From NCBI GenBank assembly GCA_964359735.1, contig CAYHTZ010000005.1, positions 3,882-67,881 on the forward strand: DNA of 64,000 nt, given 5' to 3'. The notes below the pieces were generated by a model. The model worked only from the letters and a program-made list of their open reading frames with translations, was not told the origin of the DNA and made no database searches. A program made the position numbers and the translations under genes. Within the stretch, counting starts at the first letter, position 1, and the number at the start of each line of letters is the position of its first letter. Of the stretch, positions 9,406 to 17,759 are shown one piece after another. The stretch comes from an uncultured Candidatus Saccharibacteria bacterium (GTDB lineage Bacteria > Patescibacteriota > Andersenbacteria > UBA10190).

Positions 9406-10599
9406 ATGCTTGCTCCCCGCGTCCGTTCGCTCACTTTGAGTATTATCAGCCCCATCCTTTTCTTGGGCGTTCTGCAAGCGGGGGGGTGCCTCCGGCGCAG
9501 CGTCCCGCCGCCTCCACCAGGTGGCACGTACGTGTCTCGGAGTGCGGGCGCCTCGTTCGAGCAAAAAGTTTTACTCGAAGGAGAAAAAGTTGAAGAAGGA
9601 GCTAATCTTGCCCGCTTCACCTTGCTGGGGGCTCACCAACCCAAACATAAGCCTGGGACAATTTACATTGCGGCGGCGGAACAAGGGCTAATTGTATCCC
9701 AAAATGATGGCGATACCTGGCAGCAAATTGCAACCCCTCTCACCTCTACGGTGGATGTAGCCTTGCTCGATAACGGTGTGCTGGTGGCAACCGGCACAGG
9801 CCCGGAAGGGCAGGGCTTTATTATTCGCAGCCTGGATGATGGGCTCTCGTGGCAAACGGTGCTGACGGTACCCATTCCCACTGAAGAAGGTCCCTTCCGC
9901 ATCATTGGCGGTCGCGAAATTATTGGCTCAGTGGTACTCACTATCGAAAGCGATCCTTTTAACGGCAACCGTCTCTACGCTGGCAGCAACCTGGGGGGAG
10001 TACTGGTAGGGGAACAATCCGCCAAAGTTTGGCGCGCTATCCACACGCTCACCCCGGGCCGCTTTGATCCTTCCCAGGAGGTTGGCCAAACCAGCGTGGA
10101 GAAGCTCGTGCCGTCTCCTCATGTGCCGAATGAGTTGCTTATTGTCACCGCTGAACAGAAGCTCTGGCGGGTAACTGAAGGCCGGCAAACTGAAATTCCT
10201 ATTCCCGTGGAGCAAAGTCCTGAGGAAAAGAAGTTCTTTGTATCTCGCGGTAACTATGAAGTTTTTGATGTTGGCTTTGCGCTGGGCGACCCGCAACTGC
10301 TCTTGGCTGGGGTAGGGAGCGCCGTGCTCCTCTCCCGAGACGCCGGCAGTACCTGGGTAGAGCTCCCGCTTCCCATAGAAGCAGTAGTGCAGTTCAACAG
10401 CATTCGCGTCACAGTCAGCCCGACCAACCCGAGCCGTTTTTTAGTGGCTATTAACAATGTTATCTACCGCTCTGAAGATGGCGGTGCCACCTGGAATACC
10501 TTTTCTTTGGGCCTGCCGGCACACAAAATCACTGATCTTCTCATTAACCCCACCAATGCCTCAAAGGTTCTCGCTATCACACAGCCTATTGAAGCGTAA
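9406..10599 (+). CDS. Exported BNR/Asp-box beta-propeller protein, possibly a lipoprotein
   Basis: Repeated SxDxGxTW motifs (SQNDGDTW, SLDDGLSW, SRDAGSTW, SEDGGATW). Hydrophobic N-terminus ending in AGGC. Confidence 0.75.
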   Translation: MLAPRVRSLTLSIISPILFLGVLQAGGCLRRSVPPPPPGGTYVSRSAGASFEQKVLLEGEKVEEGANLARFTLLGAHQPKHKPGTIYIAAAEQGLIVSQNDGDTWQQIATPLTSTVDVALLDNGVLVATGTGPEGQGFIIRSLDDGLSWQTVLTVPIPTEEGPFRIIGGREIIGSVVLTIESDPFNGNRLYAGSNLGGVLVGEQSAKVWRAIHTLTPGRFDPSQEVGQTSVEKLVPSPHVPNELLIVTAEQKLWRVTEGRQTEIPIPVEQSPEEKKFFVSRGNYEVFDVGFALGDPQLLLAGVGSAVLLSRDAGSTWVELPLPIEAVVQFNSIRVTVSPTNPSRFLVAINNVIYRSEDGGATWNTFSLGLPAHKITDLLINPTNASKVLAITQPIEA

Positions 10600-10602
10600 G
10601 CC

Positions 10603-10630
10603 TTGACGGCGCTCATTCTCACGATATAGT
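10603..10630 (+). promoter_or_regulatory. Sigma70-type promoter of the hrcA operon
   Basis: TTGACG-N16-TATAGT immediately upstream of CIRCE. Confidence 0.65.
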
Positions 10631-10635
10631 TCTTA

Positions 10636-10662
10636 CTAGCACTCTCGTCTGAAGAGTGCTAG
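10636..10662. promoter_or_regulatory. CIRCE operator (HrcA binding site)
   Basis: CTAGCACTC-N9-GAGTGCTAG, ending 9 nt before the hrcA ATG. Confidence 0.93.
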
Positions 10663-10671
10663 TATTTTCCT

Positions 10672-11331
10672 ATGATCAACGAGCGGTGCTCTAACCTACT
10701 TTGTGGCTTAGTAAAGGAATATATTCGCACAGCCGAGCCACTCTCGAGTGTGTATCTAAAACGAATACTGGAGTTATCAGTTTCGCCAGCCACCGTGCGC
10801 GCCTGGCTGAACGATTTGGAGGATGAGGGGTATATTGAACAACCGCATACTTCTGCAGGGCGCGTGCCTACCGACAGTGGTTATCGTCATTACGTAGATC
10901 GAGTACGTCCCGGAGGAAATCGCCGCACGGAAATTGAGGAAAACCCTCAAACCTTGGTGCGCTACCTTTCCCGAGCTGCGCACGCCCTCGCCGTCGCGGC
11001 GCTGCCGAGCGGGCGAGTAGAGCAGTACGGCTTACTGGAACTCATGCTCCAACCTGAAGGAAGCAACCGCTACGCTATCCAAGAGATTTCTTCGATACTT
11101 GACCATATCCACCACTATGTGGAAGAGGTCGCCGAACAAGGCTCGGCCCATACATCCGTGTTCATTGGCAGCGAAAACCCCTTCATGACAGCTGTCCACA
11201 CCAGCATGTTGGTGAAGAGCGTCGCCGATCGCGAGGGGCGCCACTCGGTGGTTATGTTAATTGGGCCTAAGCGTATGTCGTACTCGCAAAATATTTCTTT
11301 ACTGGAACGTGTCGGCGCTATTCTCGGCTAA
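10672..11331 (+). CDS. hrcA: Heat-inducible transcription repressor (compact, 219 aa)
   Basis: SPATVR, QPHTSAGRVPTDSGYR and IGPKRM motifs; CIRCE and grpE-dnaK context. Confidence 0.92.
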   Translation: MINERCSNLLCGLVKEYIRTAEPLSSVYLKRILELSVSPATVRAWLNDLEDEGYIEQPHTSAGRVPTDSGYRHYVDRVRPGGNRRTEIEENPQTLVRYLSRAAHALAVAALPSGRVEQYGLLELMLQPEGSNRYAIQEISSILDHIHHYVEEVAEQGSAHTSVFIGSENPFMTAVHTSMLVKSVADREGRHSVVMLIGPKRMSYSQNISLLERVGAILG

Positions 11332-11334
11332 AGT

Positions 11335-11796
11335 ATGGTCTACTCCTCACAAGTTCATGGGGTAGCGAGCCCCAAAGAGATAGAATATCTCGAGGGCTGG
11401 CAGCGAGAGCGGGCCGAGTTCCAAAACTATCGCAAACGGGTGGAGAACGAGCAAAGGCAGGACCGCGTGCGCGCCAAGGCTGAAGCGGTGCAGCTACTTC
11501 TTAGTCTGGCCGACAATTTCCAGGCGGTGGTGAAGCACGTACCTTCTGAACTCACTGAGCATAGCTGGACCAAAGGGGTCATGCACGTAGCCCGCCAGCT
11601 GGATCAGCTCTTAGCCGAGCAAGGAGTGGCTGCTATCGCCGAAACAGGCGTTCCCTTTAATCCAGCCGTTCATGAGGCGATTGAAAAGGTAAAAGATGAG
11701 AAAGCCAAATCAGGTTTTGTGCTTGAAATTGTGCAGACAGGCTATAAATTAGGGGACAACGTTTTAAAACCCGCTCGGGTAAAAGTTTCCGCTTAA
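11335..11796 (+). CDS. grpE: Nucleotide exchange factor GrpE
   Basis: AEFQNYRKR, FNPAVHEA and GYKLGDNVLKPARVKV. Confidence 0.95.
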   Translation: MVYSSQVHGVASPKEIEYLEGWQRERAEFQNYRKRVENEQRQDRVRAKAEAVQLLLSLADNFQAVVKHVPSELTEHSWTKGVMHVARQLDQLLAEQGVAAIAETGVPFNPAVHEAIEKVKDEKAKSGFVLEIVQTGYKLGDNVLKPARVKVSA

Positions 11797-11840
11797 TTCC
11801 ATATTCCATATTCCATATTCTAAATTCTAACTTCTAAATT
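11796..11840. repeat. 7-bp tandem repeat filling the grpE-dnaK spacer
   Basis: (ATTCCAT)3(ATTCTAA)2 CTTCTAA ATT, then ATG. Confidence 0.9.
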
Positions 11841-13727
11841 ATGAGCAACATTATTCTCGGTATTGACTTAGGAACTACTAACTCCGCCATGGCGCATGTC
11901 GAAGGCGGTAAGCCAGTTATTTTAGAAAACAGCGAGGGAGCCCGCACTACTCCGTCCGTGGTGGCAGTGAGCAAATCTGGCGAGCGCCTCGTGGGGATTC
12001 TGGCCAAGCGCCAGGCTGTGGTAAACCACGAGAACACTATTTTCTCCGCTAAGCGCTTAATTGGCCGACGCTTCAGCGACGCCGAGGTTCAAAAAGACAA
12101 AGGGTGGCTGCCCTATGCTATTCAAGAGGGCAAGGATGGCGGCGTGGAAATAAAATTGGGCGACAAATGGTTGCAGCCGGCTGAAGTTTCCGCGGCCGTT
12201 TTGCAAAAGCTGAAGGCTGATGCTGAGGCTAAATTGGGTCAAACCATTAGCGATGCGGTGATTACCGTACCTGCTTATTTCGACGATAGCCAGCGCAAAG
12301 CTACGAAGGACGCTGGTACCATTGCCGGCTTTAACGTCCGCCGCATCCTGAACGAGCCCACCGCCGCCGCTTTAGCCTACGGCCTTGACAAGAAAAAGGA
12401 GGAAAAAATCGTGGTCTTTGATTTAGGTGGAGGCACCTTTGATGTCTCAATTCTGGAAGTAGCCGCCGATACGATTGAAGTACGCGGCACCCATGGTGAC
12501 ACTCATTTAGGCGGAGATGATTTTGACCAACGCATCATTAACTGGATTGTGACAGAATATAAAGCCCAAGAAGGAATTGATCTTTCGAAAGACCCCATGG
12601 CCTTACAGCGCCTCAAAGAAGCGGCGGAAAAGGCGAAGCATGAGCTCTCCAGCACTCCGACTTCCGAAATCAACCAGCCATTTATTACGACGGACAGCAG
12701 CGGTCCAAAGCACCTCGTGATGACACTAACGCGCGCCAAGCTCGAGGAATTAGTAAGTGATTACATTGACAAGGCTATTTCTCTCACCAAAGAAGCGCTG
12801 GCGGAGGCTAAAATTTCAGCTAGTGAAGTCGATGAGGTTGTTCTGGTAGGCGGGCAAACCCGCATGCCACGGGTGGTGGAAGAAGTTCAAAAACTCTTCA
12901 ACAAAGAACCACACCGGGGCATTAATCCTGACGAAGTTGTAGCTGCCGGCGCCGCCGTGCAAGGTGGCATCCTAGCTGGGGAGGTGAAAGACGTCTTACT
13001 CCTTGATGTAACTCCCCTGACACTTGGTCTTGAAACCCTGGGTGGGGTACGTACATCATTAATTGAAAAAAATACCACCGTACCTACCAAGAAATCCCAA
13101 GTTTTCTCCACCGCGAGCGACAGTCAGCCACAAGTGGAAATTCACGTTCTCCAAGGCGAACGGGAAATGGCGGCTGATAATAAATCACTCGGACGATTTG
13201 TATTGGATGGTATTCCACCTGCGCCACGCGGCGTGCCGCAAATTGAAGTCACGTTTGATATTGATGCTAACGGCATTCTCAATGTCACCGCAAAGGACAA
13301 GGCAACAAACAAACAGCAAAGTATCCGTATTGAGGGCTCATCCGGTATCTCAGCCGATGAGATCGAACGCATGAAAAAGGAAGCAGAGGCCCATGCTGTC
13401 GAGGATAAGGCCAAGAAAGAACTTATTGAGACCAAGAACCAGGCCGAGCAACTAGTATACCTCGCCGAAAAAACTCTCAAAGAAGCCGGCGATAAAGTAA
13501 AAACCGACGTAAAGAAAGATATCGAAAAGAAAGTTGAGTCGGTGAAGAAAGCTCGCGAGGGAAGCGACACCGCGGCGCTGAAAAATGCTACCGAGAACCT
13601 CTCGAAAGCTTTACAAACCGTGGGCCAACAAATGTATCAGCAACAACCGGCAGGTGCCGCTGGTGCTAGCCCAGGAACAAGTTCAGGACCGAACGTCGTC
13701 GACGGCAAAGCCGAAGAGAAGAAGTGA
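11841..13727 (+). CDS. dnaK: Chaperone DnaK
   Basis: [15 protein letters not shown] and DLGGGTFD. Confidence 0.99.
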   Translation: MSNIILGIDLGTTNSAMAHVEGGKPVILENSEGARTTPSVVAVSKSGERLVGILAKRQAVVNHENTIFSAKRLIGRRFSDAEVQKDKGWLPYAIQEGKDGGVEIKLGDKWLQPAEVSAAVLQKLKADAEAKLGQTISDAVITVPAYFDDSQRKATKDAGTIAGFNVRRILNEPTAAALAYGLDKKKEEKIVVFDLGGGTFDVSILEVAADTIEVRGTHGDTHLGGDDFDQRIINWIVTEYKAQEGIDLSKDPMALQRLKEAAEKAKHELSSTPTSEINQPFITTDSSGPKHLVMTLTRAKLEELVSDYIDKAISLTKEALAEAKISASEVDEVVLVGGQTRMPRVVEEVQKLFNKEPHRGINPDEVVAAGAAVQGGILAGEVKDVLLLDVTPLTLGLETLGGVRTSLIEKNTTVPTKKSQVFSTASDSQPQVEIHVLQGEREMAADNKSLGRFVLDGIPPAPRGVPQIEVTFDIDANGILNVTAKDKATNKQQSIRIEGSSGISADEIERMKKEAEAHAVEDKAKKELIETKNQAEQLVYLAEKTLKEAGDKVKTDVKKDIEKKVESVKKAREGSDTAALKNATENLSKALQTVGQQMYQQQPAGAAGASPGTSSGPNVVDGKAEEKK

Positions 13728-13740
13728 TACACTGGAGAGC

Positions 13741-14532
13741 ATGACGCCACAGCGGGCGAAGGAAATTGGGATTGTTGTCTCAGTGCTGCTGATCAGCCTG
13801 CTCCTGTTTGCCTTAGTTAGTTTATTTATCGCCCAGGATCGATTTGGATCCACTCCTGTGGTAGCAGTGACTATTGTGTTGGCCGTACTTTGGGTAGGCG
13901 CCGTAGCGGTCGCCTTGGCCGTTCTCCAGCACCCGGGGAGCAGCTCCAGTCTCATCGCGGGCATCGCCGCCATGCTCGCGGTGGCAGGCTTGCTGCAACT
14001 GCCCGCCATCGTGGCGGCTCTCTTGCTGGCTCTCTTCTTAACAGTCGGCCGCCGTACTATGTACCATGAAATCAACAATCGTGTCTTGTACCGCACGCAC
14101 GAGGTATTTAGTCGGGGGCTCCGCTCCATTCTCTTCGGCGTGGGTATTGCGGCGCTTGGCTTGGCTTGGCCGCTGGTGGAGGAGAAGCTTACCGGCACGA
14201 ATGTGCTTCTGCCCACTGAGACAGTCGGAGCCGTAGTCAACCGCGTAGTTCCAGCTTTGCCCCCTCACCTCAAAGCGTTTCTCGACGTCGGCCAGCTCAC
14301 CGGCTTTGTTACCTTGGCTGTCAACCAGATGATTCAGTCGTTAATTTCCTCGTACCGTCTGGCATTCCTCTTGATCGTGCTGCTTATCGCCATCTCTGCC
14401 TACCGGGCGGTACTTCCCCTGATTACCTGGGGCATACTGCCTGTCATTGCCGGTCTTATCTACCTTGCGCGCAAAGCCAATCTCATATATCTTAGTCGTT
14501 CGCAAGCTACTATTGAGCGGCTTCATCTCTAA
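13741..14532 (+). CDS. Hypothetical multi-TM membrane protein
   Basis: About 7 hydrophobic segments. TACACT lies 7 nt before ATG 13741. Confidence 0.65.
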   Translation: MTPQRAKEIGIVVSVLLISLLLFALVSLFIAQDRFGSTPVVAVTIVLAVLWVGAVAVALAVLQHPGSSSSLIAGIAAMLAVAGLLQLPAIVAALLLALFLTVGRRTMYHEINNRVLYRTHEVFSRGLRSILFGVGIAALGLAWPLVEEKLTGTNVLLPTETVGAVVNRVVPALPPHLKAFLDVGQLTGFVTLAVNQMIQSLISSYRLAFLLIVLLIAISAYRAVLPLITWGILPVIAGLIYLARKANLIYLSRSQATIERLHL

Positions 14533-14537
14533 CCTCT

Positions 14538-15650
14538 ATGGCTGACGATTATTACGAAGTACTGGGAGTTTCCCGTACGGCCACTCAAGATGAAATCAAA
14601 CGCGCCTTTCGTAAGAAGGCACACGAGTTTCATCCCGATAAGGTCGGCGGGAATGAAGAAATGTTTAAGCGCGTGAATGAGGCGTATCAGGTTTTAAGCG
14701 ATGAAAGCAAGCGCAGCCAGTACGACCGCTTTGGCCGCACGGCCCCCGGCGCGGGTGGCGACCCCTTTGCCGGCTTTCGCGGCTTCAATGGTTTCAACGT
14801 GAATGTCGAAGACTTAGGCGACTTTGGTGATATCTTCTCGAATTTCTTTGGTGGAGCCGCGCCTCGCCCATCCCCGGCTAGGCGAAGACAGGGAAGCGAT
14901 ATCCAAGTTGATGTGACCGTCAGCTTCATCGAATCGGCCGAGGGGACGCAGCGGGAGCTTAGCCACCGTCTCTACCAGGTTTGTCCGCGTTGCCAAGGCA
15001 ACGGAGCCGAACCGGAGACCCCTATTGATACCTGTCCCACGTGCCAAGGAAGCGGTACCGTGGGGACCTCGAGACAAACTCCTTTTGGCATTTTTTCGCA
15101 ACAAACCGTCTGTCCTACCTGCCAAGGACAAGGAAAAACTCCTCGCACTCCCTGTTCCCAGTGCCGTGGGGAAGGGCGCGTCAGGAAGAGCCGCACCCTG
15201 GAGGTAAGTATTCCCGCCGGTATTGATGACGGTCAGGTTATCCGCCTAGCCGGCAAAGGCGAGGTCCCTGCCGGCGGAGGCAGCCCCGGCGACTTGTTTG
15301 TGGTGGTGCACCTTGAGCCTGACCCTGAACTCACACGGGACGGCAGGCATGTACGCTCCGCCGTAACCATTCCCTTTGCGGATGCCGCTTTAGGCACCGT
15401 GGTTTCAATGCGAACTCTAAAAGGAGAAGAAGAGCTGCGTATCCCGCCCGGCACTCAACCCGGCAGCGAATTTCGCCTGAAGGGTTTAGGATTTCCACTA
15501 CTCGGAGGGGGCTCGCCGGCCGAAGCCGCCCCGTACGCTGGGGATCACGTAGTGACCGTGAATGTAGAAGTACCAAAGCGTCTCTCTCGTGAGCAACGCA
15601 AACTTCTCGAAGAATTCAAGAACACGAAGAAAAAATCGGGCTGGTTTTAA
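14538..15650 (+). CDS. dnaJ: Chaperone DnaJ
   Basis: HPD J-domain, G/F-rich region and four CxxCxGxG repeats. Confidence 0.98.
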   Translation: MADDYYEVLGVSRTATQDEIKRAFRKKAHEFHPDKVGGNEEMFKRVNEAYQVLSDESKRSQYDRFGRTAPGAGGDPFAGFRGFNGFNVNVEDLGDFGDIFSNFFGGAAPRPSPARRRQGSDIQVDVTVSFIESAEGTQRELSHRLYQVCPRCQGNGAEPETPIDTCPTCQGSGTVGTSRQTPFGIFSQQTVCPTCQGQGKTPRTPCSQCRGEGRVRKSRTLEVSIPAGIDDGQVIRLAGKGEVPAGGGSPGDLFVVVHLEPDPELTRDGRHVRSAVTIPFADAALGTVVSMRTLKGEEELRIPPGTQPGSEFRLKGLGFPLLGGGSPAEAAPYAGDHVVTVNVEVPKRLSREQRKLLEEFKNTKKKSGWF

Positions 15651-15662
15651 GACCCGTAGCTC

Positions 15663-16346
15663 CTATTTGCCCGTATAATTATCCTGAAGCGTAGCGATTT
15701 CCCACTTCCCGTGATCGGTGACCGTACCCGTAATTCTTACTTTTTGGTCGCCCACGAGCACTTCATCTGCGTTACGCTCCACACCACCGCTGGTAAACTT
15801 GGTATTGCCGCCATAATTCATAATCACGTCCTTACCGTTATAGGTTCCTGGGCGGTACGTACTAGTGGTTACAGAGACCTTGTATTCCCTTAATCCTCGA
15901 TCTACATCTTTGAGCTTACCCACTACAGTGAAGGATCGGTCGTGAATGCGCAGCCATTTCACTACGTACGCTGTTTCCGTGGCCACACCTTTAATGGCTA
16001 CCTCAAGCCCAACGGAAATATTTTTGATAGTCACTCGCTTATCTTTACCAGCTGTATTCTTGTAGAATTTCGTAGCCGCTTCCGTTTTGAACGTCTGGAC
16101 TGATCCCCGGAGATCGTCTACGCCAGCCCCGGTAATGTGCGTGACGCTAATGTTGAAGGATTTATCGTCATTAACCCGGGTTACAATACCCCGCGCTACA
16201 AAGTTATACCGCGTGTCCGCCGCTGAGCTGAATCCGGCGTAGAGGGCCACCGCGGCGATGATGATAACGCCGGCAATGGCTACCCACGCATGGTGGTGCT
16301 CCACCGGCTCATGCCATCCTTCACGCTTTTTCGTTTTCTTGGCCAT
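15663..16346 (-). CDS. Exported basic beta-rich protein, paralog 2 (DUF5666/OB-fold-like)
   Basis: N-terminal TM. Shares RIHDRxFxVVG and VTxSTYxPxTY with the upstream ORF. Confidence 0.7.
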   Translation of the reverse strand: MAKKTKKREGWHEPVEHHHAWVAIAGVIIIAAVALYAGFSSAADTRYNFVARGIVTRVNDDKSFNISVTHITGAGVDDLRGSVQTFKTEAATKFYKNTAGKDKRVTIKNISVGLEVAIKGVATETAYVVKWLRIHDRSFTVVGKLKDVDRGLREYKVSVTTSTYRPGTYNGKDVIMNYGGNTKFTSGGVERNADEVLVGDQKVRITGTVTDHGKWEIATLQDNYTGK

Positions 16347-16347
16347 A

Positions 16348-17010
16348 CTAGTTGCCTGTGTATCCATCGATCAAGCTGGCGACCTCCCAGGTATTGCTGC
16401 TGGTAAAGGTGCCGGTCACTTGCACTTTCTGGTTATTGGCCTTGACCACGCTAAAGCTCACGGGTGTCTTGGTGGATTTACTGTAGAACGTGGAATTGCT
16501 CTCAAAGTACTTCATCACGATCAAGGTTCCCTTCTTGTAGGTAGTAGGTTTGTACGTGGAAGACGTGACGAGGATCGTCAGTTCCCGGTTTGTCTCATCG
16601 TGCTTTTGCAGCAAGCCCACCACCTTAAACCCGCGGTCGTGGATGCGCACAAAGGAAAGTTCATAGGTATCGTTATCCTTAGCAGTTCCCTTAATACCAA
16701 GTTCTTGGCCGATTTGAATGTTCTTATAGGTAGCGGCTTTATCCAAGCCGTTAAAAACCTTTACCACCTTAGCGGTACCGGCCTTGAATTCAACGTTCCG
16801 CCCTTCAATATCGTCTTTCGCCTTCGTGGGAACCGCCTTGGTGACGTCAGCTTTAAAGGATTTATTGGCTTGATCAACTCCCGTGACGATCACCCGCGCC
16901 GTAAATGTGTATTTGGCCCCGGCAGCTCTCGATCCAGTTCCCCAAACTGCCACCGCAAAAACAGCTGCTACTGTGAGCGCCCCTAACCCCCAAACAGCCT
17001 CTTTTTTCAT
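16348..17010 (-). CDS. Exported basic beta-rich protein, paralog 1 (DUF5666/OB-fold-like)
   Basis: Signal peptide; paralogous to the downstream ORF; TGcTATAAT upstream. Confidence 0.7.
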   Translation of the reverse strand: MKKEAVWGLGALTVAAVFAVAVWGTGSRAAGAKYTFTARVIVTGVDQANKSFKADVTKAVPTKAKDDIEGRNVEFKAGTAKVVKVFNGLDKAATYKNIQIGQELGIKGTAKDNDTYELSFVRIHDRGFKVVGLLQKHDETNRELTILVTSSTYKPTTYKKGTLIVMKYFESNSTFYSKSTKTPVSFSVVKANNQKVQVTGTFTSSNTWEVASLIDGYTGN

Positions 17011-17063
17011 GTTGGTTTAATGAAGGATTATTAGGCCTATTATAGCACAGAATTTAAAGGAAG

Positions 17064-17173
17064 CCCAGCCTTCGCCAAGGCTACGGCGGGCACAGGCCGT
17101 AAGTAGTGCCTGCAGGCCATAGCTTTAGCGACGGCCTGTGGAAAAGTGGTTACACTGAGCGAAGTCAAAGTGT
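17064..17173. repeat. Cluster of three mini-hairpin repeats (two family C, one family D) abutting the tRNA-Lys 3' end
   Basis: GCCTTCGCCAAGGCTACGGC (17068-17087), CAGGCCATAGCTTTAGCGACGGCCTG (17113-17138) and ACACTGAGCGAAGTCAAAGTGT (17152-17173). Confidence 0.75.
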
Positions 17174-17245
17174 GCGTCCGGAGGGAATCGAACCCCCGAC
17201 CGTTGGCTTAAAAGGCCACTGCTCTACCAATTGAGCTACGGACGC
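17173..17245 (-). tRNA. tRNA-Lys(TTT), CCA not encoded
   Basis: GCGTCCG acceptor stem, TAGCTCAATTGGTAGAGC D arm, CTTTTAA loop and GGTTCGATTCC T arm. Confidence 0.95.
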
Positions 17246-17270
17246 GCAGTACCTAGAGTGTAAACGAGAC

Positions 17271-17298
17271 TTGACAAAAATTCAAATCCGGTTATAGT
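17271..17298 (+). promoter_or_regulatory. Promoter for candidate ncRNA 1
   Basis: TTGACA-N16-TATAGT with no credible ORF downstream. Confidence 0.65.
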
Positions 17299-17309
17299 TC
17301 TTAGTTCTT

Positions 17310-17487
17310 TCATGAACCCCTGTTTAGTGGTGAGGAGGGGCCCCCGCCCCGCCAGCTGGCGGGGCGGGGGAATGGCGGTTTGCAACAAAGCTGGGGCAGT
17401 TTCGGCTTCCCCCGTCTTGAGCCAACTTGCTCGTCACGTAGTCCTACTGCGTACATGACATTACTCTTCATCACTGACAGGGCTTGA
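17310..17487 (+). ncRNA. Candidate 6S-like RNA (~175 nt closed by a long stem) with an inserted palindrome
   Basis: CCCTGTTTAGTGGTGAGGAG (17318-17337) pairs with CTCTTCATCACTGACAGGG (17464-17482). Contains an internal TTCG-loop hairpin, follows a promoter and lies near aspS. Confidence 0.5.
17341..17370. repeat. Perfect 30-bp palindrome, family E
   Basis: CCCCCGCCCCGCCAG/CTGGCGGGGCGGGGG. Confidence 0.85.
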
Positions 17488-17511
17488 TTTTTTCCGCCAG
17501 TTGTCTATAGT
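17484..17511 (+). promoter_or_regulatory. Promoter for candidate ncRNA 2
   Basis: TTGATT-N16-TATAGT, the same geometry as the hrcA and ncRNA-1 promoters. Confidence 0.5.
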
Positions 17512-17516
17512 ATCCA

Positions 17517-17725
17517 GTTCTGCTCGAATAGGGCAGATGTACCTTCTCTCTATTAGCCCCGTCTGAAGGAGCGGGGCGCATCCTGGGCATACGACCTCTC
17601 CCGCAACGCGGGAGAACCCAGGAGAGTGATGGTTTACCCTGAGCTTGTCGAAGGGTGAAAAATCCTCACTCTTCTGGGTTTTTTCGAGCGTAGCGAGAAC
17701 CCGCCGACCTGGCGGGTTGTTTATT
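17517..17725 (+). ncRNA. Unidentified multi-hairpin RNA (~205 nt)
   Basis: Six consecutive stem-loops between a promoter and a terminator-like hairpin; no + strand ORF. Confidence 0.4.
17698..17725 (+). terminator. Probable intrinsic terminator
   Basis: AACCCGCC-GACCT-GGCGGGTT followed by GTTTATT. Confidence 0.5.
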
Positions 17726-17759
17726 GCTCCAAGATTAACTCTCAAGTACGCTACAACTC

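Noticed and set aside
15500-15545. dnaJ GGGSPAEAAPYA insertion as a repeat copy
   Set aside because: It has only weak self-complementarity and no clear match to families A-G.
16258-16986. 242-aa + strand ORF
   Set aside because: Antisense shadow of the minus-strand genes, which are supported by mutual paralogy.
17461-17745. 94-aa minus-strand ORF
   Set aside because: It runs antisense across the hairpin array, and its PFDKLRV segment is the family D repeat read backwards.
17517-17759. T-box riboswitch, SRP RNA or hammerhead ribozyme upstream of aspS
   Set aside because: There is no T-box GGTGGNACCGCG or SRP CAGG..GNRA..AGCAG motif, CTGAAGGA does not fit CUGANGA, and aspS has its own promoter.
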